From Mesoaciditoga sp. (lineage in GTDB: Bacteria > Thermotogota > Thermotogae > Mesoaciditogales > Mesoaciditogaceae), in the NCBI GenBank assembly GCA_015489955.1, contig WFYR01000023.1, positions 3,175-67,174 of the forward strand: a stretch of 64,000 nucleotides of DNA, written 5' to 3'. The position numbers and the translations under genes were made by a program. Of the stretch, positions 50,554 to 59,150 are shown piece by piece. Numbering within the stretch: position 1 is the first letter of the stretch; every line of letters starts with the position of its first letter. The notes under the pieces are model-generated. The model was given only the letters and a program-made list of their open reading frames with translations. It had not been told where the DNA came from and made no database searches.

Positions 50554-50586
50554 AATAGAGACCCCAAAAAGGGTCTCTATTTTTTG
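50554..50586 (+). terminator. Intrinsic terminator
   Basis: AATAGAGACCC..GGGTCTCTATT followed by a T run. Confidence 0.85.
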
Positions 50587-50629
50587 ATTTAAAGTTGTAA
50601 AAAATGGCAAAAGAGGTGATTATCTAATA

Positions 50630-52183
50630 GTGAACGTCCTTTCTGTGGATTGTGGAACACAAAGTTTACGAGCTTTTTTGATAAATGAGCATGGAGAAAT
50701 CCTGAAAAAGGCCCATGTGGCGTATAAGCCGTATTTCAGCAAGAAGCCTGGTTGGGCGGAGCAAAATCCCCTGGTTTATTGGAACGCACTTGTAAAATCT
50801 GTCAGAAGCATAGTAGACAACGCAGAACAAAATGAAATTCATTCCATTCAAGCCATAACCATAACATCCCAGCGTGCAACAATGGTCGTAGTGGATAAAA
50901 ATGGTGACCCTTTAAGAGACGCGATAATCTGGTTGGATCAAAGAAAAGCCAAGTTCGATGCGCATGTCCCTTTTTTGAAAAATGTTGGATACAAATTGGT
51001 TGGTATGGATGAGGCAATTAAGATAGCGCAAAGTGAGGCGAAGATAAATTGGATAAGACAAAATGAGCCACATATTTTCAGAAAAGCACACAAGTTTTTA
51101 TTCCTATCAGGATACTTGATATACAAATTAACCGGTCGGTTTGTGGATTCAAACGCTTCTCAAGTTGGATACCTTCCTTTCGATCACAAAAAAGGCACAT
51201 GGGCAGATCCAAATGACCTAAAATCTTTGATATTTCCAGTTTCAAAGGAAAAATTAGTTGATCTGGTCAAACCATCTCAAATCCTTGGAGAGCTAAAAAA
51301 CGATGTTGCAGACATTCTTCATCTTCCTCCAAAGATGCCGATAATTGCATCGGCATCAGATAAAAGTTGCGAAACTCTCGGTGTGGGAGCCATCACAGAG
51401 GATTTTGCAAGTTTGAGTTTTGGAACGACCGCCACAATACAGGTTACCACTCAAAAATACTTTGAACCGATAAAGTACATGCCGTCTTATGTGGCAGCCA
51501 TCCCGGGATATTACAATCCGGAGGTGGAAATATTCAGGGGTTTCTGGATGGTGAAATGGTTCAAGGAAGAATTTGGTTCAAAAGAAGTGCAAAAAGCGAT
51601 GGAAAAAGGTGTAAGTCCAGAAGAGCTTATGGATGATTTTTTAAAAGATGTTCCTCCAGGTTCTCTGGGACTCGTAGTTCAACCTTATTGGACTCCCGGC
51701 TTGAAAATGCCAGAAGCCAAGGGAGCAATTATAGGATTTGGAAGCATGCATACAAGGGCACATCTTTACAAGGCAATAGTTGAAGGGTTGGGATATGCCT
51801 TGCTTGATGGAAAACTCAAAATAGAGAGAGTTGGAAAGATAAAGATAAAAAAGCTGGCAGTTTCTGGAGGTGGAGCGCAAAGTAACCAGGTGTGTCAGAT
51901 AATATCTGACATATTCAACTTACCAGTTTACAGAGGGGAAACTCACGAATCTTCAAGTTTGGGAGCCGCAATAGATGCTTTTGTGGGGCTTGGAATGTAT
52001 TCCACATTTCAAGAAGGAGTGGAAAAAATGGTAAGATATGCCAAAACATTCAATCCCAACGAAAAAAATGCCGAAATCTATTCCCGGATATTCAATGAAA
52101 TTTACAGGCATATGTACGATCATCTTAAGCCACTTTACAAAAGAATGAGAAACCACGTGAAATACCCAGAAGGGGAGGAATGA
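50630..52183 (+). CDS. FGGY family carbohydrate kinase
   Basis: VDCGTQSLRA, GWAEQ, IIWLDQR, SFGTT, SGGGAQS. Confidence 0.92.
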   Translation: MNVLSVDCGTQSLRAFLINEHGEILKKAHVAYKPYFSKKPGWAEQNPLVYWNALVKSVRSIVDNAEQNEIHSIQAITITSQRATMVVVDKNGDPLRDAIIWLDQRKAKFDAHVPFLKNVGYKLVGMDEAIKIAQSEAKINWIRQNEPHIFRKAHKFLFLSGYLIYKLTGRFVDSNASQVGYLPFDHKKGTWADPNDLKSLIFPVSKEKLVDLVKPSQILGELKNDVADILHLPPKMPIIASASDKSCETLGVGAITEDFASLSFGTTATIQVTTQKYFEPIKYMPSYVAAIPGYYNPEVEIFRGFWMVKWFKEEFGSKEVQKAMEKGVSPEELMDDFLKDVPPGSLGLVVQPYWTPGLKMPEAKGAIIGFGSMHTRAHLYKAIVEGLGYALLDGKLKIERVGKIKIKKLAVSGGGAQSNQVCQIISDIFNLPVYRGETHESSSLGAAIDAFVGLGMYSTFQEGVEKMVRYAKTFNPNEKNAEIYSRIFNEIYRHMYDHLKPLYKRMRNHVKYPEGEE

Positions 52184-53121
52184 CACGAATGTTGTACGAT
52201 TACGATAAAATCGACATGTCAGGGGCAAAAGTTATTTCAGTTGAAAAGAGAGAGGCGTATACCGTCGAACACGTTGTTTTTCCTTCGCCTTATCCAACAA
52301 ACGTGGAAGAAGCGAAAAAAGTTCATGTTTTTTTGCACATGCCTCTTTCAAAGCCGAAAGGAAAAGTTTTGTTTTTGCATGGGTTAGGTGATAGAAATGT
52401 AAGATACCTCATGTGGTTTGCACGGTATTTTGCTTCTCATGGACTTATCACCGCTTTCATGATAATGCCATACAATCATATAAGATCTTCAAAAGAATAC
52501 CCCGCTGGCTCTTACTACATGGAAGCGGATACGGCAAAAGCAATCGAACGCTTTCGGCACGCTGTAATGGATGCTCGAAGCACGTTGGATCTGTTGGATG
52601 AAAGGTTTCCAAAATTTTCACACACCCATGTTATGGGTATATCATTCGGTGGAATGATAGCGACTATTGCCGCTGGTGTTGATGAAAGAATAGACAAATT
52701 ATCTCTTGCCATAACTGGTGGGAATTTCAGGTATATAAATTGGCTTTCTCCCATAACCGAAGAAGTGAGACTCAAATACAAAAGGGGAGAAAACCATGAT
52801 GGGTGCGGGACGCTGGAAAAGTGTATAAAGGCCCATGAAAATTACATGGACTTTGTAAAAAGCATTAAAACGCAAGAAGATGTATACAAGGCACCATGGA
52901 GATGTTTCACGTATGATCCCATCCCCTTTGCGCCTCTCTTTAAAGGAAAAGTTATCATGTTTAAAGCAGCCTTCGATAAGATAATGCCTTTAAGCTCAAC
53001 AATGCAGCTGTGGGAAGCTTTTGGGAAGCCAAAACTTTACACCATCCCTTCAGGACACTTTTATTCCATAGTTTTCAAGAGGCCAATTGCACGAAAAAGT
53101 CTGAAATTTTTCATGGAATAA
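52180..53121 (+). CDS. Alpha/beta-fold hydrolase
   Basis: LFLHG, GISFGG nucleophile elbow, D and SGH catalytic residues. Confidence 0.85.
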   Translation: MTRMLYDYDKIDMSGAKVISVEKREAYTVEHVVFPSPYPTNVEEAKKVHVFLHMPLSKPKGKVLFLHGLGDRNVRYLMWFARYFASHGLITAFMIMPYNHIRSSKEYPAGSYYMEADTAKAIERFRHAVMDARSTLDLLDERFPKFSHTHVMGISFGGMIATIAAGVDERIDKLSLAITGGNFRYINWLSPITEEVRLKYKRGENHDGCGTLEKCIKAHENYMDFVKSIKTQEDVYKAPWRCFTYDPIPFAPLFKGKVIMFKAAFDKIMPLSSTMQLWEAFGKPKLYTIPSGHFYSIVFKRPIARKSLKFFME

Positions 53122-53150
53122 AAAGGCCAACTTCAAAAGTTGGCCTTTTT
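53120..53150. terminator. Bidirectional terminator
   Basis: AAAAAGGCCAACTT-CAA-AAGTTGGCCTTTTT. Confidence 0.88.
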
Positions 53151-53164
53151 ATAAGCAAAAGAAG

Positions 53165-54178
53165 TTAAAAACTCATCTGCGGTACTTGGAAAGAAGAAAA
53201 TTCCTCTTTTGTCTGTGGAACCTTTAGCTTTCCTTCTTCTATCATTTTCTCAAGCACTTTTAGTTCCTTAAAAACGTGTTTTGGAACAAGGTGTTTGGTG
53301 TAAGTCATAGGACTTATTCCAATGCCACCATTTTTAAGAGAAAGCACCTTCGTTTTTCCAACAAAAGTTCCGTCGTAAACGGATTTTATTCCGTCAAACA
53401 CACCTATATCAACTCTTTTTATAGCGCTTACCAAAACGTGACCTGGGGCCAGATAATCTTGATCCTGATCGGCACCTATGGCAAAGTAACCTGATGGTTG
53501 ATCTTTCATTGCATCTATTACGCCGAGTCCGCTCAAACCGGCAAGTTGAAAAACTATATCTGCACCCTGAGAAATTTGACTTTCAGTTAAAGATCGTCCA
53601 GCCGAAGGATCGTCAAAACTTCCAACATATCCAGAAATAACCTGTACGTTAGTTCCGTGGAGAACGTTGTAAGTTTCAACACCAGCCTTGTAACCGTACA
53701 TGTAACTTTCAACGGGAGGTATTGGAATACCACCAACGACACCAACTTTACCTGTTTTTGTCATTGCCGCAGCTATGTACCCAACCAAGAAGCCACCTTG
53801 TTGTTGATCAAAGATAAAACTCTCAACGTTTGGAATTCCTTGAATGGAACCATCTATGAATATGAATTTCGTGTTTGGAAATTGCGGAGCAACTTTTTCA
53901 ACGGCATCCTTTATAAGAAATCCCACCGCCACAACGGCATCAGAAATTTGGGCGGCCGCCGTTAAATTCGGTATGTAATCTGACTGTTCATAAGATTGAA
54001 TGAGATTCGCCGTTATGCCAAGTTTGTTGACAGCCATTTGAACGCCTGCCCATGCACTGTCATTGAACGATTTGTCTCCAAGCCCACCGGTATCCGTAAC
54101 AAAAGTCACGGTTAAGGAAAAGCTGAGAGTTCCAATTATTAGAATTAGTACCCCCATCCAAACAAGGTATTTCTTCAT
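53165..54178 (-). CDS. BMP/PnrA family nucleoside-binding protein
   Basis: GGLGDKSFN, GADIVF..AG..GLG, IGADQDQ, SAIKRVD. Confidence 0.9.
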   Translation of the reverse strand: MKKYLVWMGVLILIIGTLSFSLTVTFVTDTGGLGDKSFNDSAWAGVQMAVNKLGITANLIQSYEQSDYIPNLTAAAQISDAVVAVGFLIKDAVEKVAPQFPNTKFIFIDGSIQGIPNVESFIFDQQQGGFLVGYIAAAMTKTGKVGVVGGIPIPPVESYMYGYKAGVETYNVLHGTNVQVISGYVGSFDDPSAGRSLTESQISQGADIVFQLAGLSGLGVIDAMKDQPSGYFAIGADQDQDYLAPGHVLVSAIKRVDIGVFDGIKSVYDGTFVGKTKVLSLKNGGIGISPMTYTKHLVPKHVFKELKVLEKMIEEGKLKVPQTKEEFSSFQVPQMSF

Positions 54179-54370
54179 ACTACAACCACCCCTTCACTTT
54201 TAAATTTTCATACGGCGTTTGTAACGTCAATTAAATTATACAGAATTGTGACGATTTTATCAACATTTGTAGGATTTGGATTTGTCTTCTATTCATTTTT
54301 TCTTGGATTTTCAACATCAAATACCATTTTAAAGCGGCATCAAGGTGTTAATACTATATGATTTCATTAC

Positions 54371-54468
54371 TCAACCTGTGCATCAATGTTACAAAGTATT
54401 TCAAAAAAGGAGCGAATCCGTTCTGACAGGACTTCGAAAAAAATCACCTTGACCGCTTGGAAAGCGGT
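54371..54468 (+). repeat. Intergenic repeat copy A
   Basis: 41 nt identical to 54970-55010, plus a second shared block ACAGGAC.TCGAAAAAA..CTTGACCGCTTGGAAA. Confidence 0.9.
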
Positions 54469-54528
54469 ATTAAAATGCCAAAGGATGCTATTATTCAAAA
54501 TATGTTATACACACAAATTCGCAGAGAA

Positions 54529-54930
54529 CTAAATTTCTACCTTTCCCGTAATCTCCACAGCATCTTTTAAAGTGTTGTAAACGGTACTGTATTTAAGAGC
54601 GTATTCCATAAGGCGATCTATTTTCTGCCTTTCCACACTCGTTTGAAGGGAAACAAGATATTCCATCTTAAGTATTTTAGGAGGATTTGATCTGCGATAT
54701 GCCGTGATTTTTACATCTATCCCATCAATTGCCAATCTCATTTTCTTTGAAAACTTCTGAATGTTTACCATTAAACATGACGCCAATGAATTCATAACTA
54801 TTTCAGCTGGTGAGTAACCGTAAGTGTGTTCACCTTCGGGAATGGCATCTGTAAGTTGTTTTATACCCCTCGCGCTTGTTAAGGCCAAGCCTTCTTCGAT
54901 CAATTTTTCTTCTAATTCGTATTTTTCCAT
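54529..54930 (-). CDS. OsmC-like protein
   Basis: SPAE..SLASC, KYSTVYNTL (second Cys replaced by Ser). Confidence 0.8.
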   Translation of the reverse strand: MEKYELEEKLIEEGLALTSARGIKQLTDAIPEGEHTYGYSPAEIVMNSLASCLMVNIQKFSKKMRLAIDGIDVKITAYRRSNPPKILKMEYLVSLQTSVERQKIDRLMEYALKYSTVYNTLKDAVEITGKVEI

Positions 54931-54969
54931 ATTTGACACCTCTTTTTGTTTTTTTAGAGACTTCTTAAG

Positions 54970-55085
54970 TCAACCTGTGCATCAATGTTACAAAGTATTT
55001 CAAAAAAGGATTAAACCTCATCCTCAAAGTACTTGTCAGAACATATCTAACAGGACATCGAAAAAATATCTTGACCGCTTGGAAA
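54970..55085 (+). repeat. Intergenic repeat copy B
   Basis: Direct repeat of 54371-54463; also aligns with 58981-59088. Confidence 0.9.
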
Positions 55086-55198
55086 AAATGTTGCGCACAA
55101 CATGAGTTTTTAAAAAAGACGATAAATTTTCATCGCTCTTTTAATGAGTGTACCATGAATTCAATTTGAATAAGCCTTCTAAAATCGGGAGTAGTAAC

Positions 55199-55233
55199 TA
55201 AAACTTCCCCAGCTTTAAAAAAACTGGGGAAGT
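55199..55233 (-). terminator. Terminator after the acr3-like gene
   Basis: ACTTCCCCAG..CTGGGGAAGT followed by TTT on the minus strand. Confidence 0.75.
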
Positions 55234-55258
55234 CAAGGATGTAGAAATACGGTTGAAG

Positions 55259-56332
55259 CTAAGCTTCTTCAATTTCTTCTTCAATTTCATGAAGTTCGTA
55301 TTCGTTAACGAGCTGTGGAGATCTTTTTGCAAAGCGCCCTGCGATCTTCCAATGCAGTTTCATGTACGTTACCAAAAACGGTATTTGAAGAAGTGGCGTT
55401 ATAGCCGCAGGAACAGCTGCTAAACCTATTCCAGCGCCAAGTGCTATGGCCATTGCAGTTCCTTCATTTTTTCCAACGGACGTAAACGTTATTGCCATAT
55501 GATCCCTGTACCTCACTTTGAAAGCCACGTCCACAAGTGTAAGAAGTATCAGGGTTATAGCGTAGTAAAGTGATAAAGGAGCCAACGCTATGAGAATGGC
55601 ATGCCATTTTCCAACTATCATCGTTGCCTTTTCCATGAATATTAAAAAGATGATCGCATACATCCCTAACAACGACATAACAGGAAACGATGCCTTAGCC
55701 TTGGCAAATGACTTTTTTCCGCCCTTTAAGAGTATCGACTCTCTTGTAGCGTATCCAAGCGTCATTGGTATAACAACGATCATTATTATGGTTTTCAAAA
55801 TTTGAAACATAGGCGCTGGCACGTGATAGCTGCTTCCAAATACTGAAAGCCACATTGGAACTGTTATCAAAGCGAGTATGAAGGATATTGCGACTAAAAT
55901 TGTTGCCAACTCCGTATTCGCCTTTGACAAACCAGTGTAAGCAATCGACATCGAAGAACACGGAACAGCCACCGCTAATATTAACCCAAATGCCAGGTAA
56001 GAATTCAAAGGTATGATCAAAGAAAGCAAGTACATGATAACAGGTGGATAAATCAAACCCATTACCAAGCCGAAAAGAAGAAGTTTCCACATTTTAAATG
56101 AGTTTTTCATTTCTCCCATATTCAATCCAACCATCATTGGGTAAATCATGCTAAGAACAACCAAAAGGTTCAGAATGCTGAAGATAGACTTACTGGCAGC
56201 TATTTGGTGGTGCAACGGTAATCCCAACAGCAACCCAACGACCATAGCAATTGGGACGTAAACTGGTATGAATTTATCAAGATGTTTCTTAAACTTCTCC
56301 ATCTTTCCTATTTCCCTTTTTTCCATTTCCAT
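55259..56332 (-). CDS. ACR3/SBF-family transporter (arsenite-efflux-like, divergent)
   Basis: MIYPMM, GLILAVAVPCSSM..YT.L.KAN; about 10 TM segments. Confidence 0.75.
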   Translation of the reverse strand: MEMEKREIGKMEKFKKHLDKFIPVYVPIAMVVGLLLGLPLHHQIAASKSIFSILNLLVVLSMIYPMMVGLNMGEMKNSFKMWKLLLFGLVMGLIYPPVIMYLLSLIIPLNSYLAFGLILAVAVPCSSMSIAYTGLSKANTELATILVAISFILALITVPMWLSVFGSSYHVPAPMFQILKTIIMIVVIPMTLGYATRESILLKGGKKSFAKAKASFPVMSLLGMYAIIFLIFMEKATMIVGKWHAILIALAPLSLYYAITLILLTLVDVAFKVRYRDHMAITFTSVGKNEGTAMAIALGAGIGLAAVPAAITPLLQIPFLVTYMKLHWKIAGRFAKRSPQLVNEYELHEIEEEIEEA

Positions 56333-56346
56333 TCACCCGCTTTCAA

Positions 56347-56378
56347 TTGTTTTTGTCATATGCTCAAAATAAATTTTA
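56347..56378 (-). promoter_or_regulatory. Shared -10/operator element, copy upstream of the acr3-like gene
   Basis: 29/32 identical to 58856-58887; CATATG-centred palindrome. Confidence 0.7.
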
Positions 56379-56458
56379 CTCTTTCTTTTGTAAAAAAACA
56401 AGACATTCATGTGTTTTTCTGTTAAAAAACGATTATGCACATGTGGCGTTTCTTACCA

Positions 56459-56493
56459 ACAAAAGAAAGGCAATGATTTTGCCTTTCTTTTGT
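56459..56493. terminator. Terminator after the flavin oxidoreductase gene
   Basis: ACAAAAGAAAGGCAA-TGATT-TTGCCTTTCTTTTGT. Confidence 0.85.
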
Positions 56494-56509
56494 GAAAAAT
56501 CACAGTCAA

Positions 56510-58414
56510 TTACGCTTCTATTCCAGCCGCATAACCATCTCTCACGGCTTCAACGAGTTTTGCAACTCTCACGGCATCTCCCACCACTCTGGTTGGAACT
56601 GGGAGCTTCTCAAAAGTACGTGGTTTACCACCAAAAGCAACTACAAAATTGTCAAACGGTATTTCTTCAATCTTTCCATCTTTTTCAAATTTAACAGAAT
56701 TATCCGTTAACTCTTTTATCTTGGAAGACGTCAAAACTTCAACGTTGTGCTCTTTTAACTCGTTCAAGAGATAATTCCTGCTTATGGGCTCCATACCTAT
56801 CGCAATATCCGGAAGCATTTCCACGATTGTGACATCATGTCCCTGTTCAGCGAGGTAAAGTGCGGTTTCACAACCAACTAAACCTCCACCACCAACGACT
56901 ATCTTTTTACCTTCCACTTTCTTTCCTTCCAAAACAATTGGGTAAGGCAAAACGTTGGGACCATCAATTCCCTTTACCGGTGGAACAAGTGGATCTGATC
57001 CAATTGCAAGTATTACCTCATCAGGATTTTCACTCATTACGGTTTTTTCATCTGCATAAGTTGACGTTCTAACTTCAACGTTTAGCTCCTTCAATTCATT
57101 TTCATAATATTCTATAAGCCACCTCATCTTATCTTTTCCCGGAGGAACGGCTGCCCATCTTATGGCGCCTCCCAACGATTTTTCTTTTTCAAATAAGACC
57201 ACTTTATGCCCTTTCAAGGCTGCCGCTCTCGCAGCTTCCAATCCGGCAGGGCCTCCGCCAACAACAACGACTTTCTTCTGTCTTGTCGCCGGAACTACGA
57301 TTTCGTAATCACGTTCCTTTCCCACATTTGGATTCACTCCGCATCTTATTGCCGTTCCCGCAGCGTGCCTAGAAACTATGCATTCCGAACATCCAATACA
57401 TTTTCTAATGCTTTTTTCTTTTCCGTACATCGCCTTTACAGGCCAATCTGGATCGGCAATAAGTGTTCTTCCCAAAGCAACGATGTCTGCCGTACCGTTT
57501 TCAAGCAATTCCTCTGCAATTTCTGGTTCTCTTATCATTCCAACGGCTATAACTGGTATTTTCACGCCATTGTCTTTCAAAACTTTTGCGAAGTTAGATC
57601 GCCAGGCTTGTGGATAAGCCATTGGTTCCAATCTTTTTTCTTTATTTCCAAACCCAACATCCGCGTGTAAAGCGGCATATCCGTATTCTTCAAATTTCTT
57701 CGCTATTTCCACTCCATCTTTTTCTGGCGTAACGCCACCGTCCACATAATCGATAACGCCAAGTCTTGCGGTAACGGTATAATTCGACCCGCAAAGAGCT
57801 TTTATTTTATCTATTATGAGCTTCGCGAATCTTGTGCGATTTTCAACGCTTCCACCGTATTCATCTGTTCTTTTGTTTGCGACGGGTGAAAGAAATTCGT
57901 TTACCAGCAAACCATGGGCTGCCTCTATTTCGACACCATCAAACCCGGCCTTTTTCGCAATTAAGGCAGCTCGTGCGAACTTGTCAGCGACTTCTTCTAT
58001 TTCCTCTTTATTCAACACATGTGGATGTTTTCCATCTGGTCTCAAAGGTACATCAGAGGGGGCTATTGCCGGCAAATGAGATGCAAAAAGTCCTTGGTGT
58101 GTAAGTTCTACGAAAGCAAGAGCACCGTACTTATGTATCTCTTCTACCAAATGGCTCAAGCCAGGCACAAATCTTTTGTCATCAAACCGTGGCTGTGTCG
58201 CTCCCTCCATCGTCGCCGGATAATCTATGCACGCGTTTTCAAGTGTTATAAGCGCGGCACCGCCTTTTGCCCTTCTCGCGTAGTGGTATATGAGTTTGTC
58301 CGTCACCTCACCACTTACACTTGCGAGGTTTGTGGAAATCGGTGGGAAAATTATTCTGTTTCTCAACGTTAAGCTTCCCACTCTGATTGGTGAAAATAGT
58401 TTTTCGAATTTCAT
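56510..58414 (-). CDS. OYE-family NADH:flavin oxidoreductase with 4Fe-4S and FAD domains
   Basis: GFDGVEI.AAHG..FLSP..N.RTDEYGGS.ENR, CIGCSEC..C, VVGGGPAG. Confidence 0.92.
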   Translation of the reverse strand: MKFEKLFSPIRVGSLTLRNRIIFPPISTNLASVSGEVTDKLIYHYARRAKGGAALITLENACIDYPATMEGATQPRFDDKRFVPGLSHLVEEIHKYGALAFVELTHQGLFASHLPAIAPSDVPLRPDGKHPHVLNKEEIEEVADKFARAALIAKKAGFDGVEIEAAHGLLVNEFLSPVANKRTDEYGGSVENRTRFAKLIIDKIKALCGSNYTVTARLGVIDYVDGGVTPEKDGVEIAKKFEEYGYAALHADVGFGNKEKRLEPMAYPQAWRSNFAKVLKDNGVKIPVIAVGMIREPEIAEELLENGTADIVALGRTLIADPDWPVKAMYGKEKSIRKCIGCSECIVSRHAAGTAIRCGVNPNVGKERDYEIVVPATRQKKVVVVGGGPAGLEAARAAALKGHKVVLFEKEKSLGGAIRWAAVPPGKDKMRWLIEYYENELKELNVEVRTSTYADEKTVMSENPDEVILAIGSDPLVPPVKGIDGPNVLPYPIVLEGKKVEGKKIVVGGGGLVGCETALYLAEQGHDVTIVEMLPDIAIGMEPISRNYLLNELKEHNVEVLTSSKIKELTDNSVKFEKDGKIEEIPFDNFVVAFGGKPRTFEKLPVPTRVVGDAVRVAKLVEAVRDGYAAGIEA

Positions 58415-58440
58415 ATCATGATTCCTCCTTCTTTACACTC

Positions 58441-58845
58441 TCAATTGTCTATCTTAAGAATATGAACATTCTTGGCGTGGCATTTAGGGCATTCGCTTCC
58501 TTCATAATCTTCGGGAACTTTCCATATTTTGCCGCAGCTTTCGCACTTCATAAGTTTAATTTTTCGGCACTTTTCATCAAATTTTCCTGTTCTAATCTCT
58601 TTTATGTTCACAAGCGCATCAGCTATTTTCCTGTGTGCTGACCTGACGATCCTTCCAAAGGTTTGACGCGAGACTCCCATTATCTCCGCTGCATCTTCTT
58701 GATACATTCCTTCAAGATCTGCAAGCCTTATGGCCTCTAACTCGTCTATCGTTAGCTCAACCTGGACTGAACTTTTTCTATTTGGCTTAAAAACGGTCGG
58801 CTTTAAAGAATATTCAACTATTCTGTATTTTTTCGGCCTTGCCAT
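58441..58845 (-). CDS. DUF134 family HTH DNA-binding protein with C-terminal Zn ribbon
   Basis: MARPKK.R, DELEAIRLADLEG.YQEDAA..MGVSRQTF, CESC..CPKC. Confidence 0.9.
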   Translation of the reverse strand: MARPKKYRIVEYSLKPTVFKPNRKSSVQVELTIDELEAIRLADLEGMYQEDAAEIMGVSRQTFGRIVRSAHRKIADALVNIKEIRTGKFDEKCRKIKLMKCESCGKIWKVPEDYEGSECPKCHAKNVHILKIDN

Positions 58846-58855
58846 TTTTTCCTCC

Positions 58856-58887
58856 TTGTTTTGGTCATATGCTCACAATCAATTTTA
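58856..58887 (-). promoter_or_regulatory. Shared -10/operator element, copy upstream of DUF134
   Basis: Minus strand reads TAAAAT then TGAGCATATGAC just before the SD. Confidence 0.7.
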
Positions 58888-58980
58888 TGCCTCCATTCTT
58901 TCAAAATTATAAAATAACTTTTAATTATCTATGTTAACTTCATCACAAAATGATTTTTGGGTTAAAATATGAATAATTCA

Positions 58981-59088
58981 AAACGTGTGTCAATATTCCA
59001 AAGCGTTTGGATAAGTGGTTAAATCTCATTCTTGAAATACTTGCTAGAACATATGAGCAAATTTAACAGGACTTCAAAAATTGTTCTT
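58981..59088 (+). repeat. Degenerate repeat copy C
   Basis: Colinear similarity to 54970-55072 (TTAAA.CTCAT.CT..A.TACTTG..AGAACATAT..TAACAGGAC.TC). Confidence 0.7.
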
Positions 59089-59150
59089 CGGAATGTTTAT
59101 GCATAATATGGGCGAATAAAAGCGCCTTATTTATCAAGGGCAGGATAAAA

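Noticed and set aside
54246-54263. Rex-like box upstream of the BMP gene
   Set aside because: Three mismatches, two in the right half-site core, and no functional rationale
54371-55085. Repeats interpreted as a CRISPR array or integron attC sites
   Set aside because: Only two near-identical copies separated by a whole gene; no cas or integrase gene; GTTRRRY fits only one copy and no attC-like palindrome is evident
55118-55156. Fluoride-riboswitch-like fragment (CGCTC..GAGTG)
   Set aside because: Lacks the GGCGATGG..CGCC and TGATGAC elements and points away from any suitable gene
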